In this document: positions 14,050 through 25,728 of the stretch, piece after piece
Position numbering within the stretch: position 1 is the first letter of the stretch
Layout of the letters: each line of letters starts with the position of its first letter
DNA from: Camelus dromedarius
Taxonomy: Eukaryota
Length of the DNA stretch: 64,000 bases
NCBI RefSeq assembly: GCF_036321535.1
Contig: NC_087436.1
Coordinates: 31,126,001-31,190,000 of the forward strand
Direction of reading: 5' to 3'
Made by a program: the position numbers and the translations under genes
The notes under the pieces: model-generated
Told to the model about the DNA's origin: nothing
The model's input: the letters and a program-made list of their open reading frames with translations, nothing else
Database searches by the model: none

Positions 14050-15800
14050 AAATCATTTGTTCTAGGTAGTTGTATGTACAGGTAAGAGAAACAAAAGAGC
14101 AAAAAATACTAGGTGAGATGTAGGTAATATGTACAGAAAGCAGCTACTTTCCTTAGGGCTGAGAGACTAAAAGAAAAAGTTAACATTGTCTGAACTTAAG
14201 AAGCTTGCAGAAGGTTGGAGAAAGGGTCTCATGGAACTGGACTCAGACCTTTGAGGAAAGACATTACCAAGTTTCTGGTGTTACTTCAGAAGCTTAAAAG
14301 AAGGACCTCAGAATTGAGACCTTTATCTCTGAGAAGCAAGTACTGTCCAAAGACAGTAGTTATCTCTGGTGTTTTGAGGGGGGATTTGGGAGGTAGAGAT
14401 GCAGCCCTCTGAGGAAAAGGTAGTCTGATTATGGGTTGAAGTTTCAGAGGTTGAAAGATGTGGATGGCTCTGGCAAGTGTGAGAAAAGGCGGAAATTGTA
14501 AGCAACTACTGCTGGAAATAATCTCTGCTGTTTTTGGTAAAAATTAATTGCTGGAGCATGCCGACAGGAACATTTAAATAGGAAGGAGTAACTTGCTTCT
14601 CTCCTTTCGTGTCTTTCAACTTCCTTATTCTATCCCATTGGAAGAATCAAATAAAAGCCAGTTGGCAATGACAAACTGTAGCTTGCAGAGTCCAAGCCCA
14701 CCATCACACAGCAAAATACAGAAAGGGTTGGGAGCCAAGGAACAATAGTTTGATAACTGAGACAGCTAACTCTTTTAGTTACTCAGCATCTATAAACACT
14801 CTTCCTCATATATTTAACCTTCAGTATAACTACAACAAAGTAATACTTTCACTGTATAAGATGAAACTCTACTTCATACAACCAAGGTCAGTCTAAAAAT
14901 AGGAGACAAAAACTCCTAACAACCATTGAATTCATTTCTGAATGATAGGTATGGTACCCATCTTTTGGCAATGTTCATTACTCCTCAAATTCAGCCACAC
15001 TCACATCTAAATATTCTGAAAACTAAAGGTTATTTTAAAGGTAACCATGAACAATATCATTAAATAAAATGAGAAAAAGGGAGAGAGGGAAGAAGATGTA
15101 CATGTACACACCAAGAAGTAAAAATAGGCAAAACGGCCTCAGATAACAGCAGCTCTGTAATAGGTAACATAGCTGATATTTAAAACTTATCTTTCTCTAC
15201 ACATTTTATGGTCCCTTGGTCTTGAAACAACAACTCAGCTAACTGGGATTCTCTACCTTGTAAGGTGAATCAAATATGTACTCATGAAGGATATCAGTCT
15301 TCAGTGGTTCAACTGCTTTTGGGTTATGATAATATTCCCTAACTTGTATGATATGAATGTAACACAAAGTACCCTAGAGAATCACCTGTGTTTCAAATAG
15401 TGTCTTTCTTGGTATGTTATTAGTAGCAATCAAATACCTTTTGATATTCAAAATGAATCACCCAAGCCCATAAATAACCTTGGTCAGTAGGTTGGTTGGC
15501 TTATTGATTGTTTGCCACTTGGTTCAAGGGCATGAGGATCCCTTATAATGGATGGAATGTACAGTGATAATCTCATAAGCAAGAGAGAGAGAATATCCAT
15601 GCCTACAAGGGACTTTGCAAATAACTTTCTAGAGATGAAGGTACAGTGTGATTGTTTATCACCATTCCAAAGGAACACGTGTGTGAGTTAACATGTATTA
15701 AGGAGATTAACTGCAGATGAATTAGATAAATTTACACTGGATAATCATTTATGTTGAATAGGATTATGTCTGGTTGATTTCCACTTACTAATGCAAAATT
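14050..15800 (-). mobile_element. ERVL/MaLR-type element: LTR-like part (about 14050-14760) plus internal sequence
   Basis: The minus strand of 15420-15560 (...GGGATCCTCATGCCCTTGAACCAAGTGGC...GGGCTTGGGTGATTCATTTTGAATATCAAAAGG) resembles the decayed 3' internal region of ERVL/MLT-int elements. No ORF remains. Confidence 0.55.
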
Positions 15801-15825
15801 GGTGGAATGAACATAACGTGGTTCA

Positions 15826-17560
15826 CTACAAAATATTGAAAGAAGTTAAAGAATATACAACAAATGGAAAGACATCCCAATTTCATGAATTGGAAAACTT
15901 AACATTGTTAAAATGTCCATACTACCCAATGTGATCTACAGGGATTGAATGAAATCCCTATCAAAATCCCAATGGCTTTTTTTTTTTTTTTCAGAAATAG
16001 AGAAAACAATTCTAAAATTCATACGGAACCACACACACAAAAATCCAAATGGTCAAAACAATCTTGAAAAAGAACAAAACTGGAGGACTCAGACGTTCTG
16101 ACTTCAAAACATATTCAAAGCTATAGTAATCAAAACAGTATGGTACTGGTATAAAGACAGACATATAGATCAATGGAACAGAGTAGAGAGCCCAGAAATA
16201 AGCTGACACATTTAGGATCAAATGATCTTTCACAAGGGTAACAGAACTACACAATGGGAAAAGAAGAGTCTCTTAAACAAACAGTTTTGGGGTAACTGGA
16301 TATCCACATACAAAATGATGAATGTGGACACCTATCTGCCCCTATACGTAAAAATAAGCTCAAAATGGATTAAAGACTTACATGTAAGATCTAAAACTGT
16401 AAAACTTCCTAGAAAAAACAGAGGGGAAAATCTTCATAAAATTTGTCTCAACAATGATTTCTTGGCTATGACACTAAAAGCAGAAGCAACAGATACAAAA
16501 ATAGACAAATGGGACTACCTCAAACTAAAAATGTTCTGCACAGCAAAAGAAACAATCAGTAGAATGAAAGGTAACTAATAAATGGGAGAAAACATTTGCA
16601 AACCATACATCTGATTAGTGGTTAATATCCAAATGTATAAGGAATTCCTACAACTCATTAGCAAAATAACAAAGAGAAAAACAAGTAACTTGATTTAAAA
16701 ATGGGCAAAGGACTTGAATAGACATTTCTCCAAAGAAGACATTTAAATGGCAACGGGTATATGAAAAGATACTCAATGTCATTAATCATTAGGAAAGTGC
16801 AAATCAAAACCACAATGAGACATTATATGCCACCTGTTAGAATGGCCATTAAATATAAAAATGAAAAGAAATAACAAGTGTTGGTGAGGATGTGGAGAAA
16901 CTGGAACCTCTGCACACTGTTGGTGGGAATGGTAAACTGGGCAGCCACTATGCAAAATAGTATGGAGGCTCCTCAAAAAATTAAAAATAGAATTATAATA
17001 TAATCCAGCAATTCCAATTTTAGGCATTTATGTAAGATAATTGAAATTAGGGTCTTGAAGAGATATGTGCATTCTCATGTTCATTGCAACATTTGTTCAC
17101 AATAGCAAAGAGGTAGAAACACCTAAATGTTCACTGGTGGATGAGTGGACAAAGAAAATATAGTTTACATACCATGAAATATTTGTCAACCTTAAAAAAA
17201 GGAAATCCTGTTGTATGTGACAACATGGATGAATATGAGGGCATTATGCTAAGTTTAATAAGTCAATCACAGAAGTTAGAAGTACCACATGATTCCACTT
17301 ATATGAAATATCTCAAGTACTAAACTCTTAGAAGCCTAAAATAGAATGGTGACTGCCAGAGGCTGAAGAGTAGGGGAAATAAGGAGTTGCTGTTCAATTG
17401 GTCTAGAGTTTCAGTCATGCAATATAGAAAAAAGTTCTAGAGACCTACGGTACATTAATGTGTGTACAGTTTACAATATTGTACTGTATGTTTAAAAATT
17501 TAAGAGGGTAGACTTCGTGTTACGTGGTTTTTGCATATAACAAAATAAATAATAAAAATA
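15826..17560 (+). mobile_element. 5'-truncated L1 (ORF2 3' half + 3'UTR + A-rich tail; L1MA/L1MB-like)
   Basis: ORF 16222..16578 (...WGNWIST...KWIKDLHVRSKTVKL...KIDKWDYLKLKMFCTAKETI) is unmistakable L1 ORF2. A-rich tail at about 17540-17560. Confidence 0.95.
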
Positions 17561-18369
17561 ATCTAATAATAACCCCTAGAACTTGTCTATCACAGCTCCG
17601 TAACTACTACATTTTGAGAAAGACTGCTTGTTTTAATTATTTATTGGGACTTGATGGTTTATTTGGAGGCAAAGGCAATTACTATCGGAAACCTTAATTA
17701 TATTAGTTTGTTTTGCTCACTTGCTACTGCTAAAAGGAAAGTAAAATTTCTGTGAATATTTTGAACCACCTATAAAGGGTTTTCCATGCATGTTTTGAGA
17801 CTTTAGATGTTCCATATTGTTAAATGTATAAAAACAAGATCTAAGTTAAAATGTAGAAAGATTGATAACTAATAAACCCTAAAGATAAATTTTATACTGT
17901 CACTAAAATGGTTTTATACATTGAAGTACTAAGCTAATTTTTTATTATAAATGCATTCCTTATTCTAGATTATAATTTCATATGACCTAAAAGAATTATT
18001 TAAAATTCTAGAGAAATAACTTTTAGTAATTGCATGAATGAAATCATAATTAACTTTTGTATTTATAGTCTAGCCTACTTTCAAATTAAGATTACTAAAT
18101 CTTAAGTCAATTGTCTACCTAAACATAATTCTTAGTCCATAAATCAGCTTTTTTTCTTTTAAAAACTGAATTCTTAAGTAACATTTAACTATTGAAAAGA
18201 CCAAGACCAATGTGTTGACTTCTCAATTTAAAATGATGGAATAAATTTGGCAATTTCTCTTGCAAATTTAGAAATCTTCTCAAATCTATAAGGAGAATTT
18301 AGAAACAGAAATGCATATTTAGCTTTGGTAAAATTAGAAGGTCCAAGCCATAAAACAAGAGGAAAACCT

Positions 18370-20070
18370 GACAAGTAGTGAAGATTAAGCAGAAGAATTA
18401 TGTTTTCTTGTTGCTTGAACTCGTATTTCCTTAACTATTGCATAAATTGTGTTCAATTTCATATATTGCCCTTTATAATTATCCCTGTATATATTTTGTT
18501 ATACTTTTCTACAATTTTCTGTTGGGCTATTCATAATTTCTTTATTAATAACTTCCTTAATTTCCAGTATGAGTGCTTTTTATATACTGGATAGTAGCCC
18601 CAATACTATTTATAGACTAATCTGTGTTTCTTCATTCATTGAGAAGGTTATCTTCATTATATACTGGATCTCCTTTATATTTGGTGAGTTATTTTTAGAC
18701 TCATAGTTGTCTACTGCTGCATAAATAAACACTACAATTAAGTAATTTTACAAAATATTTGGATTTTTAGTAGGGCATGCTTACTGACCACAATTAAGTA
18801 TGTCAGGTATTTTGGTTATTGTTGCAGATACATTATTAATGCGATTTTGGAGTCAGTTTTCAAGTTTTCAACATGAGGAGTAATGTTCTGATATTTTTGG
18901 AATTGAATTGACCCTACAGATTAATGTGAGGAGTCTTTAAAATAACGAAGCATTCTATCTGTAACGATAGAACATCTCTCCATTTATTTAGGACATTTTA
19001 TGGCTATCAATAAAGGTCTTCAGATTTTTCTAAAATTTTTGTACGTCTCTTGTTACTATTACTCTTATTTGCTGCTATTGAGAATGCCATGGTTTTCTAT
19101 TGCATTTCCTAACTAATTTGTTACTATATAAGAAAAAATAATTCTGCGTATGTGTGTTGCTTTTGTACGTTTTCATCTTAACAAACCCTCTTATTGGGTT
19201 CTATAGCTGTGGATTATTATTTTTGTTTTTTTCCCTAGCTGACAATAATAACTTAATGCAAATAATGATATCATCTGATTTTCCCAATGTTTATATCTAC
19301 TGTTACTGTTCCTTGTGTTATTTCATTGGCTAGACTCTCCTCATTTTATTTCCTACTTTAATTGAAATTCATTCAATAAATAAGCATGTATTACATGCTT
19401 AAATGTGCCAGAGTGTGTTCTGGGGATAAAAGTCCTAGTGATAAAGTAGTGGAAAAAATTGATGAAGTCCTTGCTTTTGTGGCATTATTTGTAGTAGAGA
19501 AGACATGATATACAAGTAAAGAAACAAATTTTAAAATTAACATACCTTCGGATAATGTCAAAGATTGTGAAGAAAATTAATCATCAACTCAATGAAGAGA
19601 GAGCTGACAACAGGGATAGTATATCACTAGAAAAATATAGCCAGATGATACTTATTTATTTAAAGATATCTGAGCTTAGATTTGAACTGTGAGGCTGATT
19701 CTGCCATGTTACGATCACGTGCAAGTTCCACATAGTAGGAGTATCAGGACACAAAGAAGCTGATACATTTGCCAGAAGGAAGGGTGGGAAGATTGGTATT
19801 TAATGGCCATGTATGATTCTTCCTTAGTTATTAATCCATTTAGGTTGTCAAATTTTGTTAATTTATATGTTCCTACAAATTTTGCCTTTTTCCTAAGTTT
19901 TCAAATGTATTAGTATAAGTTTATATAGTTTATTCTAACATTTCAAATCTGCTCTTTTGTCTATATTTTCCTTTTTTGTGTTCCAATATTGTCTTCTTTC
20001 CCTCCTCTTATATTTAATCATACTTGCCAAGTTGCTAATTTTATTTATTGAGCTTTTCACTATCTTCTCA
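18370..20070 (-). mobile_element. Very old L1 ORF2 fragments (antisense), interrupted by an L2 segment
   Basis: T-rich antisense-ORF2 text (TTTTGGAATTGAATTGACCCTACAGATTAAT; TTTCATTGGCTAGACTCTCC; CCTAAGTTTTCAAATGTATTAG). Confidence 0.65.
19365..19780 (-). mobile_element. L2 LINE 3' fragment
   Basis: ATTCATTCAATAAATAAGCATGTATTACATGCTTAAATGTGCCAG is the reverse complement of an L2 3' end. Confidence 0.65.
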
Positions 20071-21939
20071 CAATTTCAATGATTTTACAATACCTTACAA
20101 ATTTTTTCAGAATTATTACTTTTACTAGAATAGTTGGTCCAAATTACCCATTTCACAACTATTGGAAGCAAAATTCCTAAATCATTTTTCAAAGGCTGCA
20201 GCCTTCTAATCTCTTTCACTGATTTCTAACATAATTTGAGGAACATGAGCATAAAATAATATTATGTAATAAGTCAAGTATTTGGTAATAAATAGATAAT
20301 ATCAAAATTGGGATTTTGTTTTCAGATTACATTCATGCAATAAACTTTTTTTAATGAAAAGTCTAACTGCTGTATACTAGGAATTCTTCCTTTGGGAATA
20401 TTCAAAAATAAATAGCCCATAGTCTCCCTCCTCAAGGTATTCAGAAATAGGAAAGCCAATACTAATTCTCTAATGTGCTGTAAACTGTATGCAGTCCTAG
20501 AATTTAAACAACATTTCAGGAAACTCAGTTGGAAGGAAAACCTTTCCCATCTAACCTGTACCAAAAAGGACTTTGTGTTTGCTTAATAGCTTGCTTCCTT
20601 TTTTTAGATCATTTCCTTTGTTGATATTGCTTTAGAATATCTCAACTATAGCATTCATTTTAATCTTTTATAGGGTTTAGTCCCCTAAAACTAGGTGTAA
20701 AACTAGAGATAACTCCCCCTGAATTATATGCAAAACAGGTATTTCAATGTCTTCACATCATCATATTTCAATATGCATGAAAGTTAACGGAATGGCAAGG
20801 AAGATGATGACACCTAGGGCCACACAAACAGTAACAGATTCACCTAAGTCTCCCTTACAGATAATTGGATCAGTTACAATGAGGAGGAAGTATGAAATTG
20901 GGAGAAGAATGGAGCCTGTATTTTAATAGTGGGACAACAAAAAGTTTTGTGAAATCAACTTCTTCAAACTAGACTTAGAGCATGGTGCTATATAATCACA
21001 AGACATAGTAGACATCATGAGGTCTATACAATTCTTGTCTTTTGTTTGTATTTTACCTAAGACCCCAGAAGTCATTCTACTGCAGAGGATGCTCAGTTCT
21101 GGGTCACCTAATAACATATAAACCAATAACCATAATATAATGTGATTACTTAAAAATTTATATATTTTCAAAATACTGTTTGAGAGTGAGAAGAAAGCTA
21201 TTTCTGGTAAAATCAGAAGACAATTTCACAGAAGAAACAGCATGTCAGTTTGTTCTTACAAATCTGAAGCAGAAAGAAACTAGAAGAAAGAGCACTCTAG
21301 ACAGAACGGTATGAATAAAAGCATGGATGTTTAATTGAGTACGTTGAGTAGGGAAAATTGAATGGGGCTAATGGGTAAATTAAATTCATATTACTAAAGT
21401 ATATAAGTGCCATGTTATAAGGGTTGAGTCTTTTATTCAGCAAATGGGATCAGTCTCTTTCCTCAACTCTCCCTAGGAAGACATTCTGTGAATCAACTAT
21501 AATAATGAAATATTGGAGGCAGTGAGGTGGTTTCTTAGAAGAGTTTTGGAATTATTTAGGTAATAGTGGAGATAGAGAAGAGGAAAAGGATTACTAACAT
21601 TTACAAGTTAAAATTGATGATGTCCTTTAAACACGGAAGCTAGTATTTGCTTATAGTTTCAAGTGCCCAAATTAACTGATTTTCAAAGCACTCCAGAGCG
21701 AAAGAATATATTCTATCAAACATGAAGAGATATCACTATATATATAAAGATTAAAGCTACGAATATTAACACAGGCTTTTGAAGTTGCCAAGTAAGACAT
21801 TGCAGTGTATTAAAATACACTCCATACTTGCGAAAACAGAAAGCAAAATCTTAGGTATCTAAATTTCTAACAAGCCACTTCTAAAAATAAGGCTAGCATG
21901 TAAAGTACCTGTTGGAGTGATTCCCCAATGTGGATTGAG

Positions 21940-22045
21940 GACTAGTTTCAACTTGTTATATCAGTTCACCTGGGGAGAATTTTAAAATACAGATTCTGGA
22001 GGTCTGTTCCCTGAGCTGCTGCCACCAGGGAATCTACATTCTTTC
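21940..22045. mobile_element. MER5-type hAT MITE fragment
   Basis: TCACCTGGGGAGAATTTTAAAATACAGATTCTGG...GGAATCTACATT. Confidence 0.6.
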
Positions 22046-24391
22046 TTTGTGCTGTAATATGTCTGTTTGATTTTTAACTATGAAGGACAAATATCACATC
22101 TGTTTCTCACAAAGACAATTCTGGTATTCAACCTATAACTGCCTCTCCACCAATCTAGGTACACATGAACAGGAACCTGCATCTCTGTCAATCTCTTTTA
22201 AAGGATCATCAACCTGAGATACAAAATTGTTGAAGCAAAGGATGGAAATAAACATAAAATCTAATAAATCATTTATCTTGAGAACCATCAATCACTATGT
22301 CTCCCAAATGAGTACTCCATTTTAAAGGTTTTTTTTTTTTTTTTTCTGAGAGAAGGCTAAATTACAGCATAAAAGATCATTTTTTCACTATTTAATGAGC
22401 CTCATGAGGAAGTACCACATTAAGATATTTAGGTTGACTTGGACATAACAGTCAGGATTTTTATTTGGTAAGTAACAGGACATTGAAGATGGTGTGTAAT
22501 AATCACGGAAATCTCAATCTCAGATGTCTAAAAAGCTCAGAGATTTTCTATAAGGCTTTTGTCTTTATTATGTTTTATGTCCCTGTTACAGATATCAAAA
22601 GGTCATGTTTCACTTTCTTTCTTTGTATTTCAGTCTCTCTGATTCTTTACCACAATATTTTATCCTCTCTATCCATTTTAAAACAAATGTTCAGTTTCTC
22701 TTACCTATGGTACTTTGGCTTATGAACAATTTTGGATTAATTTTCAGAATTGATAAAAAATAATTTTTATTTGGAAGAATGTTTATATGCATGTATGTAT
22801 GTATAAATGTATATATATGCATTATTGTAAATAAAGTATGTGTACTTACTTTTAAAATTACATATATTTTAAAGTGATTTTAGCTTACCTAGAAATATTA
22901 TTTTTAAATCAAAGTGACTTAATGTTAAGCAGTGTTGTGGTCAGCAGCTAGCAGCTCAAAATAGCAGCTGAGGAGTGAAAGAGCTGCTTCAATCATGTGC
23001 TTTATTCCTTCAAAGAATCTCCCATTATAGTATAAATCCTTCAAGACAAAAAAAAAAAAAAAAAAAAAAAGACAATATCTGAGAACTTTTTTACCTTTCA
23101 TGATTCTTATCTGAAATCCAGTTGAAATTTAAAAACATAAAAGCTTTCCTCTAGTGTCAGGTAACATAGATTAAGTCAATAATGTTAAAATTTCAAACTT
23201 TCCCATTTTGGATTTGGAAGATTACCTTTACATTCCTTATTTGAATTATTATTTATTATCATAAGTTATTTCTATTTTTATTATTTTATGGTTAAATGTC
23301 CTTCTCAGAAACCCTCATGCATATTTTTTGAGACCCACAATAACAACTCTGATCTTTTACAACTTTCTCTGCATATATCATAAGTGCTTTAAGTATGATA
23401 ATGTAAAACTATGATAATGACAGCATTGAAACAAAAATGGGTATGATGAGGAATCTGAGTGCAATCAGAATACCAATTATGGCAAACTCTTATATACACT
23501 CAATTAGATAGGGAAGGAGAATATTTTTAGACATTTCTCTCACCGAGAAGATATGACATCTAGGCAGAAGGAAGAGGACAACTTCATTTTAAGTAAGTGT
23601 TTAAATATTTCATAATGACTATAAGGGAACAGAGGTTACCTTGATAGAGTCTGCTGTTCTTATAGCAATTCTGTATGGCTTTCCAAAGACATAAATTCAT
23701 ACAATTCTATAGTTATTGATATTTACAAGTATTTTCAATGTTTTCATTTTAACTTAAAAGAAACATGTGCATTCCATTTAGTAATATAACTTACCATCTC
23801 GTTCATATAAGATTTAAACAATGTTATTTTACTGCAGTAAGTAGTGCTAAACCTGAAGTCAGACTTAATTGCAGGGCAGAATATTTTTAGATTAGTTTAG
23901 AGAAATAATTGCAATATTATGGTAGTATTAACAAATATGATAAAAACAACTCGTACTATTTTATTGATATTTATCATAAAACTTCCTAATAATATGTTGA
24001 TATCTAGCCTAACATTAGTTGACCTTCATTAAGGTATATATTTTCCTGTCCACTTCAGTGTTCATTAAGATTGCAAATTCAAAACATCTCCTTGCTCTCA
24101 TGTAATTCTACAACCTAGGTGGTATAAACAGTTGACCCAATACACAGATTATCAATTTTTCACCCACATTTTCAGAACTGAACAGTAAAAACAAATAGAA
24201 ACTTTTCAATAGATTTTAAAAAGAAGAATAAATTTCTACATTACCATTGGTGGGTTTACTCCTGTGGTCTCTGATTTGTGAGTAAAGATCAAAACCTAAA
24301 CACAAAAGATGCTAAGTGTCCAACATTTTAAATGACCAGAATTTATAGCAGCCCCCTGTAGGGTTTAACTGACATTTCCTATCCCCTATGT

Positions 24392-24693
24392 CAACATTAT
24401 CCAATGGAAATATAATATATGCCACATATGTAATTTAAAATTTTCTCACAGACACAGTAATAAAGTGTAAAAGGAAACAGGTGAAATTAATTTTAATAAC
24501 ATATTACCTAAATAATATATTGAAAATATTTTCAACATATGATAAATATTCTGAAACCCAGAAAATGTATATTATTTTTTCATCCTGTCTTTGGAATATA
24601 ATGTATGTTTTACACTTCCAGTATATATTGATTAAGACCAGTCAGATTTCGAGTACTCAGTATCTACATTAGTTAGCATAATAGACAGTGCAG
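24392..24693. mobile_element. MER33/MER3-type hAT-Charlie non-autonomous element
   Basis: TATCCAATGGAAATATAATATATGCCACATATGTAATTTAAAATTTTCT...AAAAGGAAACAGGTGAAATTAATTTTAATAA...TAGACAGTGCAG. Confidence 0.8.
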
Positions 24694-25559
24694 GATTAGG
24701 AAAAAGAGGTCCCCTTTGAGGTGAGTAGTGAACATTAAAAGAGACTATCAAAGAGCTACAGAAAGGAGCTATAATCCATAAACTTTGGGGATGCCAGTGT
24801 CCTTGCCAATCTTCCTGTGTCTTGGCCTCATAAGAAATAGATACGGGCTTTTTTTTTCTTTATTAGCCATCTGGGAAACATCTAGTCTACTGCTAATCTC
24901 CTTCTACCACTCAACAGGGGAAAAAAATAAATGACGAATGGTGGTACAAGGGAAGGCTGTCAAGTAATGAATGGGCCAGGTTATTCTCACTCAAAATCTT
25001 GGTTTCCACAGCTGCCCACAAGCCTGAGAATTGACCCTAGAGGGCATATTATATCGAGAGTTGTGAAAGATAGAGATTCACGTATCAGAAGAACGCGTGA
25101 TGATGATACCAACAGGTGGAAGTCAACCACAAAGTGTAGGCAAATCTTCCAAGGAACTGTGGAGGTATAAAGAACTCTTTGAGACCCTCACTGATGAGCA
25201 AGCTGAAGCCACCACCTGACACCAGCACCCCTTAGACAATTAGCCAAATGAGGAGAAGCTGAGAACTTCTCCTAAGCAAACAAAAAGAGATCTACCTTTT
25301 TCCACCTTGCTCTTCCAACCCACACTGGGTGAAAAGTAGTCCACAAATCAATTCTCACCTCCCCTGGCAAGTCACTAGAGCCAAGGTTCTAACTTATACT
25401 GAGGCTATGAATTCTAGAATATCTACAATCCAGGCTAGCTATGTATAATCTTGTCTAGAAACTGGACTGCACAAAGAAGTCCAGTTTCTAAAGGAGTGGT
25501 AGTTCTATCACATAGCAAGCTTTTATTATTACAAATGCTACATTAAAAAAAATGTCAAA

Positions 25560-25728
25560 GGGGGTAGGTACAGCTCAAGTGGTAGAGTGCATGCTTAGTA
25601 TGCATGAGGTCTCAGGTTCAATCCCCAGTACCTCCTCTAAAAATAATAAAAAAATAAATCTAATTACCTCCCCCCACCAAAAAAATTTTTTAAATAAATA
25701 AAAATTAAAACATTAAATAAAAATTTTT
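25560..25728 (+). mobile_element. tRNA-derived SINE (camelid-type) with TSD
   Basis: tRNA-like head with A box (CAGCTCAAGTGG) and B box (GGTTCAATCCC), then an A-rich linker, CTAATTACCTCCCCCACC and an A/T-rich tail. Flanked by AAAATGTCA at 25549-25557 and 25729-25737. Confidence 0.9.

Noticed and set aside
16222..16578. 118-aa ORF as a gene
   Set aside because: Fragment of L1 ORF2 in a truncated, frameshifted copy.
22889..22967. 79-bp minus-strand exon-like segment (CTCTTTCACTCCTCAG|...TAG|GTAAGC)
   Set aside because: Stops in all frames and an AT-rich body. It cannot be distinguished from a pseudo-exon, and it shows how easily such pairs arise.
25560..25636. tRNA gene
   Set aside because: The acceptor stem is imperfect, and it is followed by a SINE tail and flanked by a TSD. 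It is a SINE head.
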